In this document: positions 49,518 through 61,699 of the stretch, piece after piece
How the letters are laid out: every line of letters begins with the position of its first letter
Position numbering within the stretch: the first letter of the stretch is position 1
Assembly: GCF_000143415.4 (NCBI RefSeq)
Contig: NW_003314292.1
Location: 1,061,498-1,125,497 of the forward strand
DNA length: 64,000 bases
Source: Selaginella moellendorffii
Taxonomy: Eukaryota; Plantae; Lycopodiophyta
Direction of reading: 5' to 3'
Program-made: the position numbers and the translations under genes
The notes under the pieces: model-generated
Databases searched by the model: none
Seen by the model: the letters and a program-made list of their open reading frames with translations, nothing else
What the model was told of the DNA's origin: nothing

Positions 49518-52500
49518 TCACTTATCACAACTTGACCAGTATTCCGCCACCAGCTTTGCAAAGAGAGAGTTTTGGTTGTCAAGCAGAGCTTGAGGAGAAT
49601 CACACTCAACCATGTATCCTGCGAAAAAAGATAAGAAAAAAGATGCTTGCTTCCCCGACTTACCATTTTTGAGGCCGAGAATGAGATCACTGTCTATAAC
49701 AGTGGAAATTCGATGAGCAACCGTGATCACTGTGCAGTCGCTAAACTCGTCCCTTATAACTTTCTGGAGAACAGCGTCGGTGGTGGAATCGATCGACGAA
49801 GTAGCTTCGTCGAGGACGAGAACTTTGCTCCGTTTGAGCAAAACCCGAGCCAGGCAAAAGAGCTGCCTCTGCCCAGCGCTCCAGTTCTCGCCATCATCGC
49901 TCACTTGAAAATCCCACCACTCAAGTAAGAGACCAAAAAAAGAGGAGGAGAAGTGTTCATACCGAGTGAGTCGAGCTGCTTTGGGGTTTCCTTCACAGCT
50001 TTCAAAAGCTGACACTTTCGCAAGCTCTGTGATAATTGTGAGAGTTCTAAGCGAAAAAAAAAAACCTCGATCAACCGGACTTACTTGCCAGATTTGCTCG
50101 TCCGAGAACTGCTGCAGTGGATCCAAGTTCGAGCGTACAGTTCCTCGAAACAAGAAAGCTTCTTGAGGAATGACTCCAATCCGGGTTCTCAGATCAAACA
50201 GTCCGATGGTTGTGACATCAATGCGATCGATAAGGATCCGACCACCGTCGGGCTCAATCAAGCGAAACAAGGCACTGATCAACGTCGTCTTGCCACTTCC
50301 AGTTCGTCCAACAAGTCCAACTTTCTTGCCTCCGGGAAACATACATGAGATTCCTTTGAGCACCAAAGGACTGTTGGTTCTGTATCGAATCTATAGGAAA
50401 AACATGTTAGCATGATCATGATGGGTTTATCTTTTCTTACTTGTAAATTTTGGAGCTCAACTTCTCCATGCGCAGGCCACTCCGCTGGTGGTCGATTTGA
50501 TTTGATAACCAAAGGAGCTTCCTCTGGCAACTTCATATACTGGCTTATTCTCTCCACAGCAACAATGTAGCCCGATAAGTAACTTACGGCTTGGATCAAG
50601 AAAACTTGGCAGCCATTTAGAGCAAACGCATAGGTGAGAGAGAGACCAGCAAAACCTGACAAAGAACATACACAAAACAGAAGGAAACCTTGAAAAAATA
50701 AGTCTTTTTCTATCATACCGGAGGAGAGTTGATCTCGAAAGATCACTACGAGCAAAGCCGCAGTTAAAAGCACGATCGTCCCAAGAAACTCCACTCGAAG
50801 GGAAAGCCACTCGTATCCGGCGTAAGTGTGCAAAGAAACCGAAGCATCCGAGTTGACGAGTTTCATGTTTTCTCGCGTAAACATGCTTTGTTTTCTAAAC
50901 GCTCGAATAGGGACGGCGCCATTCACAGTTTCTCCAGTGTGGTTTAGAACCGGTGCTTTCGTCGTCCCGTTGATCCGGACGAGTTCCCGAGCAGTTTTTA
51001 AGTAGTACCTCTGTAAGATCAAAGAGGTGATCATATGAAAACGAAGGAAAAACGAACCTGGATTCTCCAAAGAATAGCGAGGGTTGGAATGGCTACAAAG
51101 AGGATTTGCCAGGTGACGAGCGTGATAATCACCACCATTCCGACCATTTCGGACAATCCCGATAAGGAAAAATTGAAGTAGCTTTGCACTTCTACGTCCA
51201 AAATGCTCATATCCGACGAAGCCTGGAAACAATGAACACTGAGTAAAAAGAAAAGAAGAAAAGGAAGCGTACTCTGCTGAGAATCCTCCCGAGCGGAGTT
51301 GAATCAAACATCGCCATGGGTGCACGAAAGAGCGAGTTTATAAGACCCGAGAAGAAGGCCCGAGAAGCTCGCAAGCCGATGCTAACAAGGAATCGAGCTC
51401 TGGCATAGACAAGTCCAGTGCTGGCGAAGGAGATCGCTGTGAAAACCCCAATCAAAGTTTGGACGCTCGTGTTGGGATTCGCAACTTGTGTGGCCAGCCA
51501 ATAGTTGCTCGAAAGCACTCCAAAAACGAAGAGAGCTTGGAAAACGAGCACTAATCCCAGCAAAGATCGACTACCACTTCCGTCGATGTAGTCGAGGTAT
51601 GGTTTTAGTCCCAGGTTCCCTGCTGCGATCTCTTCGTCCTGGATCAATTGTTGGTAAGAAGTTTTGTTCTCGCTCGACTTCGAGAGCTGTCTTTGATAAG
51701 TTTCGTGGCGATGGCTTTCGCTGTTGGTGTGATGAACTTGGAAGATAAAAGAGTCCTCGTGAGCGTTCACGAGCCTCGAAAAAATATTCCCGGAGCTGAT
51801 GAGAAGTTCTTGGTAGCTCCCGGACTGGACAATGCGTCCAGACTCCATCACCTGAATCGTAGAAAAAGAATTGATAATCGATTGTCAGAGAAGTTGACGG
51901 CAAAACATACCAGGATCTTGTCCACTGATGAAAGAAACTCCACTTGGTGAGTAACCAATATCACTGTTTTGTTCCTCAGTTCTTGGAGTATACATGCCTG
52001 TCAAAGATCTCAAAGAGAAGCTAAAAAGAAACTAGACTTGCCTGGAACAACGTAGCAGCAGTTTGAGCATCAACAGCGCTAAAAGGATCGTCCAAAAGAT
52101 AAATCTCCGCATTCGCGTACAAAGCTCTCGCGAGTTGGAGCCTTTGCTTCTGCCCCCCGCTCAAGTTGAGTCCTCGCTCACCAATCTCGGTTAAATCCCC
52201 GTGAGAGAAGCCTGCGAGATCTTCCTCGAGAGCACAAGCCTTGATCACTCGCTCGTAGAAAGTTTTGTCCATGGCCTCCCCGAATAAAATGTTCTCTCGA
52301 ACGCTACCACTCCGGATCCAAGCGGTCTGCGAGACGTAACCTATGCTTCCACAAACTTTGGCCTACAAAGTGGTGGTTTACAAGCGTTCTTGTCGAAAAG
52401 CAAAACGAGATAAGTACCTTGCCAGAAAATCTTGGAACTTCTCCAAGAATCGAATGCAAGAGTGTAGATTTTCCAGATCCAACAGCACCACAAACTGCGA

Positions 52501-53827
52501 TGAGCTCTCCGCTCGTGATTTTCAAGCTCAAATCCGCCAAAGAGAACTTTCCAGTTTCTTCCCAGGCGAAGGTGGCCGAGTCAATAGAGATCACGTCGTG
52601 TTGCCGCGAGAAAAAATCCCTCTCCACTGCGTCCTCTTGCAGCTCCGCGTCCTGGAAGAACTTGGAGAGCCTCTCGAGCGACACCCGAGCTTGGATCATC
52701 GCGGTAAGAACGTCGGGGAGATTTCTCACGGGCTCTTGAATCACCCGAAAGGTGGCGAGCACTGTGAACACGAGTGTGGCATCGAGCTTGATCGAGAGAG
52801 GGATGCAAGTCGCGAAGACCACCGAGGCGGTGACGACCGGAGACATCCAAAACATGACGCTCCCGGCAGCCCAGATTTGCTTCACTCCATAGAGCCACGC
52901 ATACTCTCGAGCACGAAAGCTCTCGATAAGTTGCTGGAAGTATCTCTCCCAGGCCTGGAGCTTGATGATCTTCATGCTGGAGAGAATGGAGCTGCTCACT
53001 CGCAATCGCTGATCCTGGGCAACCATCAAGTTATACTGGTTTCGCTGCTGGATCTTCGCGAGTGGAGCTTGGATGGCGGCGGTGATGAGGATGACGAGCA
53101 GCCCCGAGAGCGTTGCCAGGCCAACAGTGGAGACCAAGATGGCGAGAGCGATGGAGATCTGGAGTGGAACCGTCCAGAGCTGGTGAGACCACCAGAAAAA
53201 CTCTCCCAGGCGATAGGCATCCACAGAGATGTAGCTGACGATCTCGCCGCTGGCATGGCGCTGGCGGGATTGATGCGAGAGCTTGAGCTCCTTGGCGTAG
53301 ATGGCGGCGACGAGCGACGATCGAAGGCGAAGGCCCAGGCGGCGAGCGCCAAAAAACCAGTGTCGCTGTGACAGACATTCGAGGATCTTGGCGGAGAAGA
53401 GGGCGGCCACGAGAAGATAGCCTCTTGTTCTCCCCGGCAAGCCACCGCCACCATTGCTAGCAGCAACGAATCTCGTGAAGTAGCGGAGGAACAGTGGGTT
53501 ACAAGAGATGGCGATGGTTTTCACCAGTGCCAGCGCTCCTGTGCGCCAGATCTCCCGCCAGTGGCATCGCGCGATCGCCCAGAAGAGGCTCGAGGGGGTG
53601 TGATCGTCTCCTACCTTGGATAGCGCTTGGATCAATCCCGCGTGTGTTCTCTCGGCGGTGTCGTCCTGGTCGCGCAGCGCTGGAACATCGCATCGCTGGA
53701 GTGGCTTCTTGGCGCCGGTGGCGAGCAGAGGATTGAGCCACGAGAAGAAGAGCGAATCTTTCCAAGACGAACCATGACCATTGGAAATGGAGCTTGATCC
53801 AAGGAGAGGCGTGCGAGGACAATCCAT
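49518..53827 (-). CDS. ABC transporter C family (MRP-type), spliced
   Basis: [11 protein letters not shown]1, NBD1 ([26 protein letters not shown]), TMD2 ([12 protein letters not shown]), NBD2 ([22 protein letters not shown]). Confidence 0.95.
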
Positions 53828-54132
53828 CCTCGGCCACCGAACCTCTTTGGCTTCTTGCTAAACCGACAAGGTCCGTGGACTACCTTTAGGGCAGACGGTA
53901 AAGGTATATGCTTTTTATCTTGTTACGCGGGAACAGAAATTTTAGGTTAATTCTTCTTCTCTCTCCTCCCACGTTTGTGGAGCTGGGAGCGAGCTCTCGC
54001 CCATCCACCAATCTCCTCCAATGCGGTGCTAATCCGCGAATCGCCGCGCCAGGCAAGGAGATCTGGAGCTCCGCTGGGGCATTTTCACAATGCGGAGGTA
54101 GGGTTCTCCACTCCACGGGGTGTCCTCCCGCC

Positions 54133-55608
54133 ATGGAGCCATGGCGCTTCCTCAAGCCCCAAATGTGGGACGATCTCTTCACGCCCCAGGCGGCGTGGAT
54201 CGAGGAGACAGGCCTGGTGGATTTCATCAAGCTCAAGCTCAAGGCCATGGATGTGGAGCTCGTCCGCAAGGCGACGCAAGGGTATGACTCCGAGTCCAAG
54301 ACGATCCACGTCCCGGAGCTTGGCAGCATGGAGCTGAGCGACAAGAGCGTCGGCGAGGCGCTGTGCCTCCCTTACGGCTCCGATCTGGAAGAGATCCCCA
54401 CCGAGTATAACTCCCAGCTCCATGGCCCCGAGATCCAGAAGTACTTCAGCGAGAAAGGCCATAGCCAGGCCAGTGGCTGGAAGCTGTGCGAGGTGAAAGA
54501 GCACGTCATGCGCGTCTACCTCGAGTTCCTGGTGAAGAGGATTGGGCTTCGTCTCAACAATCAAAGGGTGAGTGGAGCCACCGCCTATCCGGCCTGTGCC
54601 ACTCGCTCCACCAAGAAGATCTTCAACTGGGCACAGTTCGTGGTGCTCAAGATGCACAAGGAGCTCAAGGAAGGCAAGCCGGTCACCACCGCTCACTACT
54701 TGAGCATGGTTCTCCAGCACCACTTCGATCTTCCAGGGGTGGATTTGCAGCCGACGATGCGCTTCGCCACCACTGGCGAGCAGTCGGGAAAGAGGAAGAG
54801 ATTGTCGTGGGAGGACAGGTCCAACGAGCGGGATGGAACTCCGGACGAGGATTTGATCGTGGAAACGCTACGTCAGGGTGACGAGCTTCGAGAGGTGGCC
54901 ATCAGGCCTTGTTCTTCGTCGTCGTCGCTGCCTTCTTCCAAGTTTGTCTTCGGTGAATCGTCCGGCGGCTCCAGAGGCGGAGATCTCACCTTCTGCTCGA
55001 TGCAGCAGAAGCAGGTTTTGAGCGCCGTGGACGGGATCTTGAAGCAGATGAAGCAGACCGTGATCCAGCAAAAGGAAGCGCTCATCTCGTCCCTGTGGCA
55101 AGCCCAGCAAGCGGTGGCCCAGCTCGAGACCCCGGAGCGTTCTCTCGACTTCGATCAGCTCACCGCGAGGTACGCGCAGCTCCAGCAGGACTACCGCTCC
55201 GTGTGCCACCAGCGAGACGTGCTGCTCCAGCAAGTCACGGATCTCCAAGACCAGTTCAGAGCTTCCGACGAGCTCCACTCGCAGAGGCTCGAGGAGGCGA
55301 ACGAGCGGTTGGCAAAGGCCACACGGAAGCTCACCGAGGCTAAGCAAGCGAATAGAGCAAAGCACTCGCACTCCACGGCCGATCTTCACGAGAGCGACTG
55401 CATCATGGAGTATGGATTCAGCCGATCGGAGCTCGAGAATGTGGAGCATATGATCATTGGGCATCGCTCGAGCTCCCAGGCGAAGCACGCTCGTTTCCCG
55501 ATCAGTTGCGAAGACAGCCATCACGGGCGAGGCAATGCAAGTGCCGAGGCAGTAAGCAGCTGGTTGTTTGCTACTTCCGCGGCGTCCAAGGGGCAGTTTA
55601 CCATATGA
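54133..55608 (+). CDS. Intronless protein with a plant-transposon-like N-terminal domain and C-terminal coiled coil (491 aa)
   Basis: Long GC3-rich ORF; GLVDFI..VELVRKATQGYD..ELSDKSVGEALCLP..FNWAQFV recalls accessory proteins of plant transposons (family assignment is inference); KRKR NLS-like motif. Confidence 0.7.
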   Translation: MEPWRFLKPQMWDDLFTPQAAWIEETGLVDFIKLKLKAMDVELVRKATQGYDSESKTIHVPELGSMELSDKSVGEALCLPYGSDLEEIPTEYNSQLHGPEIQKYFSEKGHSQASGWKLCEVKEHVMRVYLEFLVKRIGLRLNNQRVSGATAYPACATRSTKKIFNWAQFVVLKMHKELKEGKPVTTAHYLSMVLQHHFDLPGVDLQPTMRFATTGEQSGKRKRLSWEDRSNERDGTPDEDLIVETLRQGDELREVAIRPCSSSSSLPSSKFVFGESSGGSRGGDLTFCSMQQKQVLSAVDGILKQMKQTVIQQKEALISSLWQAQQAVAQLETPERSLDFDQLTARYAQLQQDYRSVCHQRDVLLQQVTDLQDQFRASDELHSQRLEEANERLAKATRKLTEAKQANRAKHSHSTADLHESDCIMEYGFSRSELENVEHMIIGHRSSSQAKHARFPISCEDSHHGRGNASAEAVSSWLFATSAASKGQFTI

Positions 55609-56077
55609 AACCATGTTTGAGAAGAAGCTATATGGTGGTGGTAGTCGCGAGTAATTAACGTAAGCATCCATTTTTTATGCACTGATTCATTTGGCTACTG
55701 AATGTTTCAGGACTGGTTGTGCAAATTATTGAAGCCAAGCGACAAAAAACTATCGCGTTCCGAAAGCCAGGCTTTTCGTTGGACTTTTGTACAGAGGAAA
55801 CTTTCATGTATCGTACGTTGGAATTAAAAAGGTGGTTAGGACCACCACACACTAGACTAACATTCTTTTTTTTTTAATCTACTGTAGAAGACAAGATGGT
55901 CCATCCCGTTTTCTTGTGTAAGGACAAAAAATAGCATTTGAGGTCAATCACAAATGCTAATGTTTAAAACCACGTTTTCCTTGTGTAAGGATAAAAAAAT
56001 CTCTCTTGTAGGGCAATCACACAAGATCCACTTCTATTAATGCCAAGTAGCTGATAATCAATAGCAACTTTAATTAT

Positions 56078-56660
56078 TTAGTTGAGCGAGGTGGTGAAGG
56101 AGACAGTCTGGAGGGGACTTCCACAGTGGTACTGTTGGATGATATCGGGCAGTGAGAGAACAATGCGACTACGCATGGGCTTCACCAAGGGATTCCTCTG
56201 TGGAACGAGCACGAAATCATATGTGTGGTTCTTGGCGTTGAATGGATTTGGGTATGGGATATTCTTGCCAGTGTTGGAAGGAGATACATAAGGCTCAAGA
56301 ATGTTACTCTTCACAGCTCCTACAAACAAAAACCACAAATCCAATCTATCAATTAAAGATGAAAAAAGAGAACTTGCCAGAGGTGCCTGCTGGAATGTTT
56401 GCAATCCAAAAGTTGACGTAAGGATAAGTTTTGTTTGGAGTCGAGAGTGCCTTTTGATCCGCCATCACCACCGAAAACAGGCTAACACTGCCATTCCCAT
56501 GAAATCCTTGAATGTCAACAGTGGGAGCTGAGTCAGTGCTGCTCAAGGAGATGAAGTTGCCATTTTCAACAGTGGTGGAGCTATATTGTACAAGAAGACC
56601 CACAGCTACATGAGCAAACAAGAAGCAAAGAAGAAAGCAAGACGCAATTGATACAGCCAT
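56078..56660 (-). CDS. Signal-peptide-bearing divergent PEBP-fold (FT/TFL1/MFT-like) protein, 174 aa, 2 exons (56660-56378, 56319-56078)
   Basis: GC-AG intron gives 525 nt in frame; colinear similarity to PEBP: LxVxY..V.NG..P.V.I.G..F..VM.D..W...IP..T..Y.SP..H.Y.FVL..Q..R..Y..G.P. Confidence 0.75.
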
Positions 56661-56829
56661 ATTCTTTAAAAATGATATTTTGCTTGGGCTATTCTTTTGA
56701 GATTTATATAAGACTAGGTAGCTAAAATTATGTCAAGTTTCTAATGAAATCTAATAAGTAAATTCAAATTGATGCTGCTGTTTCTTAGTAAAATTATATT
56801 TTCAAGAATTTCTGTCGGCAAACTTGAAT

Positions 56830-59522
56830 TTAGATTGCCTCCAAGTTTTTTATTAAGAATGCAAAGCCATAAGCAGTCTCCTTGAGATGAGAGTAGCGTC
56901 CGCCATCTCCGAAGTGACCCCCACTCATATTGGTCTTAAAGACTAAACATTCTGCTTGACAAGAATGCCGAAGAGCTGCAATCCATTTAGCAGATTCCCA
57001 GTAACCAACCCTGTATGAAACGACAATTTATCAATGCACTTAGGAGCTCTCAAACACGTACCGGGTGTCAAGGAACGATGAGGTTACTAGCATCGCTGGA
57101 TACCTTACGCCTGGCTTGATGTTGTCATAAGGAGAGTAATTTCGGATGCAATCAAACGCTGCCTTGTCCGATGATGGATCACCCCATTCGTCATACTCGT
57201 GCTCTGTTAGACTCAATGAAGAGTCTAACATTGTGTTGAGGATGTCAAGGAATGGAACCTGTCATGCAGATAGAGCTCTTGAAGCAAACACAATTCAATG
57301 ATCGCCATACCTTCAAAATTATAGCTCGAAAGAGGTCCGGTTGCAAGTTCACGGCTGCCCCGACCAAAAGTCCACCAGCGCTTTCACCGAAAGCAGCAAT
57401 CTTGTTGCGAGAAGCATACTGATTTTCCACCAAGTAACGCACGCAAGCTATAAAGTCTTTGAACGAATTCTCCTTCTTCAGCAGCTTTCCTTCCGAGTGC
57501 CAAGCCTTTCCTAACGTCCCACTCCCCCTGGATTCCACAAATCTCAGTTACGACATGGAAGGAACAAAAAGCAAACTTCACCTTACGTGAGCGAATGCGA
57601 GCACCCAGCCACGATCGAGAAGGCTCAGCCGGTCACTCGAGAAGCTCATGTCAAGCAGCTCGCCGTAGGCACCATAGCCTGTAACCAAAGCGGAATTTTC
57701 ACCTTTCCTTTCGAACTTGTTTGAGTACACAATTGTCAAAGGCACCCGAACGCCGTCATGAGATGTAGCAGCAAGATGCTTCATACAATATGAGCCCGTG
57801 TCCACTCCCACAATTTTCACTTGCTGCAATAGTGTCACCTCTCCAGTCGTCAAATCGACATCATACGTTGCTTCGGGCATCTAAAAACGAAAAAAGAATT
57901 GTCCACAACGAACATCTAATGCAAGAAAGAAAGAGAGCTTACCACCAGTGAAGATATCGACAGCCGTAGAGTAGACGAATTGAAGTCACAGTTTGCTCCA
58001 GGAGTAAGAACTGTTATCCCGGAGGGAAGGTTTACTGTCCAAGGAGGAGTTTTCAGGCTCTGAAAGGAAAGAGCTTAGTGAGACCAAAACTTTTACCATA
58101 TGCTTACATCCAGGTTGAAAACATGCACAATGGGAAGACCATTTTGTCGTCTGTATAAGATCAAATGCTTCGCAAAAATATCCATATCCTCCATCCAATT
58201 TTCGCTGTCGACTGGGACAACCTCCTAAAGTGTTTCATTTTTTGCTGTGAAAAAAACGAGAATTGACGTACCTCCCACGCCTTCGAGGTCAAGCTATCTG
58301 TCTTGCAGCGGACAAGCCGATAGTTGTTTCCTAGCGACGCTAGCTTCTTGTCGCCCAAAAAATTGGTAAGAATATACAGGTGCTCTTCATGGTGTTCCAC
58401 GAAATACTGGATGCCATCAACTCTATCTGCAACTTTCCGCAACGTTGTGGCTGAAGTTTTCGGATCTACCAGAAAAACCTGTCCTGTAGAGGCTCGAGCA
58501 ACACATTTGTGAAACGCAATTACCTCAGAGGACGTCTTTGAGTTGACATTAATCAAAACGTACTGCCAGTTTTTGGTTCTTGTAACATCAACAAAGTTCT
58601 TTGGATTGTCGTCGTGATAAATTGCAATGTCATCATCTTTAGATTGCAAGTTCCGCAACAAAACCCTGTTGAGATCGAGAAAAAATGATTCTAGAAGAAA
58701 CTTCAAATAGAAACCTGTGAGGTCGATGTCCTGCATCACTACAAGTGTAGTAAAGATAGTCTCCAGTATCAGACCACTCCACACTTACTACACCATCGGT
58801 TTTGTGCTCCAGGAGGAGGCTATCAGTCTCCAAGTCTTTGACAAACAATGTGAAGATCTCGTTGCCACCCAAGTCGATTGTGTACGCTAACAGTTTGTGG
58901 TCTCTGGATAGCTTAAAAACTCCAAGCTGTGCATGGCCTACACTTGTGTAATTAGGAAGAAAAGAGAAACAAGGAAAGATCCTCAAAACTTTACCATGCT
59001 CGGCAGCAAGCTCATTGATGTCGATCATAACTTCACTGTTCTTGTCAAAAAAACTTGTAAAGAAAGCCTTCAGCCTTCCACCCTGGCGGGTTCTTCGTCT
59101 CGAGTAGATGGGAAACTCTTTCCCTTGCGGGATATGCACGAAATAGTACCTACATTGTTTCTAAGTTCCTCATCTAGGCAAAAAAAAAAAAAAAATCAAA
59201 ACGAGCAAGGAAGAACTCACCAATCCCCGCAGCGCTCTGGAGGCGATGCGAGCTCCTTCTCCATCCTGCTCGCCATTTCCTGGCGGATCTGGCGCTGGAG
59301 CTCCCTTGTCCCAGCCATGGTCGACTGCGCGTGCTGATTCTCAGCCTGGAGATACGCGATGACGGCCGGATCCTCGGAATTTCGCAGCCAGTGGTAGGGA
59401 TCGTCCCATGTCACGCCGTGGCGCGTCTTGGGGAACGATCTCCTCAGCGCCGCAGGAGCGAATTGCCGCAATGCGCGATCTGGAAGAGAAGAGAGTGCGC
59501 GAGAGAAGCGGCAAAGCGCCAT
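56830..59522 (-). CDS. Oligopeptidase B / protease II (S9A), organelle-targeted, spliced
   Basis: HGVTWDDPYHWLR, GYGAYG, AFAHVRG, GESAGG nucleophile motif, EWGDP, YSPYDN, DTR and GGHF. Confidence 0.95.
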
Positions 59523-59599
59523 AAAACCCTAGACCCTGCTTGGCAAGCATATTCCTGGAACCTTTCGAGCTCGCAAAATGGCGGGATGTTTAGAACCCT

Positions 59600-60410
59600 A
59601 GTACGGTTCTCTCTTGCCTGGGCGAGAAGATCGGAGCGTCTCAGTTACCGGTAGATTCTCGCGCCGAGAAATGCTTCGCGCAGCTCCTCCGACGCAGAGG
59701 TCCAGGCAATGCACTTATGTTCTACAAGTAAGTGGAAGGTTTCTATAGCTTTTCATCGATGGAAGCATAGCACACAGATAGATGAAGCGGTGGACATTTT
59801 CAAGGATCACTACCAGGAAGGAATTGGAAGTCCAAGCTTGAAGCTATCCATGACCGATGATGCTCAACGAGTTTTTGGCATTCACAGCTCAAAGTATTAC
59901 AAGTCTTTGCCTTGATTTTTCTTTTCTCCCAATGCGTAAGGAATGTCTACATTCGGAGGGGGATGATTCTTCTCGTCCCGGAAATTGTTACTGTTCTTGG
60001 AGGAGCTTGATGAGCCAAGAAAACAGTGGCGCTGCACCGGAAGTGAGCAGCAACCTTCTTCCTGATCAGGTCTAACTTTGCGCAGTGACTGTGTTTGCTT
60101 TGTTCTTCCTCTCCTTGTATTTTGATTATCTGTCTCTACTCTTTTGTCTTTAGGAAGGCAAGCACCTGTCTCTATAGAAGATTTTTCTCGCGGTTCGGAT
60201 TCCTACAGTGAACAAACACCAAGTAAACACAAGGAAGGCCTTTCAAGTTTTCTCTCCATGGGTAATTCTTTTTATCTTCACTTCAGAACAGCATCGGACC
60301 TCCTCCAACATAGGGTTGTCCCCGTGTGCATCCGGAAATGGATGGAGGCTTCTTGCCCGAGTTAAAGCTCTTCCAATTTGCCACCAGGATCATCAGCGAT
60401 CCCTTCCATT
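59600..60410 (+). pseudogene. Heavily deleted RMI1 pseudogene
   Basis: Colinear fragments of RMI1 from 5' to 3' with many deletions; start lost. Confidence 0.88.
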
Positions 60411-60619
60411 GTATTGAATTTTACTGTTCCCATCAAGAGAATAGAAAAGAAACTTCATAACTTGCAAAGACAGTTCTTGCATTGCTATAGAAAATCTTTC
60501 TTGACAAGAAGATCATTGTCTCACAAAAAACATTCCACCCGGTGACCAAGCAAGCAAAGTTAGTACCTGTACTCTTCAATCAAAAACGATGCTTACCGAA
60601 CTGGTGCTGGCTTTTGTTC

Positions 60620-61543
60620 TTAAGCTGCACGAGCTTTTTTCACGATCAAGTCGCTGCCGCTGGGAAGACTCCTCTTCACTCCACAGCGCCTGCTCCGTGT
60701 CGCCATCTCGGTCTTGCTACTGCTGCTGCAATGCTTCACGATCCAGGGATGTGCAAGCACACAGTCCAGCGTTATCCTCTTGCTCGGTTCGACAGCTAAC
60801 ATCCCCCGGAGGAGATCCTCCGCTTGGTCCGAGCCAAAACCAGTTGGAAATGCTCTCGCTCTCAAGAAATCGATCTCCATTCTTGACTTGTAACCCCTCA
60901 ACAGCTCGTATGCAATGACTCCCAAACCCCACACATCAATGGCTGCCGTGTAGAAGCTCTGTGATTCTCCCTTGCGACCCTTAGTCGCCATCACCTCTGG
61001 TGCCATGTACTTCTCCGTGCCACAATACTTTGACATCTCCCTGTGCAGGTCTGTGGCTATCTCGAAGTCTCCAATCAGAACATCGTGCACACCAGTGGCA
61101 TTGAGCTTGACAAGAATGTTCTCTGGCTTGAGATCCCGGTGGATAATTCCCCTGGAGTGGATTGCCTTGAGCGTTTCAGCCAGCTTCTTGATGGTCTTCA
61201 CTGCATCCTCCTCCCTCATCAGCCAGCAGTTGATCAATCCCTCGCATAGGTTTGGGCCGCACAGCTCCATGACGATAGTGCCATAACACTTGGCACCATC
61301 TCTCTCCCTGACAAAGCCCTTCAAGGAAACGACCCTAGGGCAGGCGTGAAGCTTGGACATGAGCCGAGCTTCTCTCTCGGCATCACTCCCCGATCGAAAC
61401 AACTTTCCAGCATATGTGTTGTGGCCATTATGGATCATGAAAACTTGCCTTTGTCCTCCACATCCCAGCCGCTTGCCCCTCATGTAAAACTTGAGAAGCT
61501 CACTACAGTCATCCTCGCTCAACTCACGGGTGTCACGCGCCAT
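60620..61543 (-). CDS. Second kinase copy, open frame but probably impaired
   Basis: 307 aa, near-identical to 44898-45821, but DFG reads DFE and the glycine loop reads GCGGQR. Confidence 0.75.
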   Translation of the reverse strand: MARDTRELSEDDCSELLKFYMRGKRLGCGGQRQVFMIHNGHNTYAGKLFRSGSDAEREARLMSKLHACPRVVSLKGFVRERDGAKCYGTIVMELCGPNLCEGLINCWLMREEDAVKTIKKLAETLKAIHSRGIIHRDLKPENILVKLNATGVHDVLIGDFEIATDLHREMSKYCGTEKYMAPEVMATKGRKGESQSFYTAAIDVWGLGVIAYELLRGYKSRMEIDFLRARAFPTGFGSDQAEDLLRGMLAVEPSKRITLDCVLAHPWIVKHCSSSSKTEMATRSRRCGVKRSLPSGSDLIVKKARAA

Positions 61544-61699
61544 CGCTCCCAACCTTTCTAGACCTAGCTTCTTCAAAACGGGTTTATATCGACGGCTGGG
61601 ATGATGTCTGATGGACGGTAGCGATGCCACGGGATCTTTGCTGTGAAAAACGAGAACCCAAAACATTGGTAAGGATATACCAGAAAATACTGGATCATA

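Noticed and set aside
52343-55671. Long opposite-strand ORFs (52343-53371, 54085-54723, 54868-55671)
   Set aside because: Expected antisense shadows of GC3-rich coding sequence.
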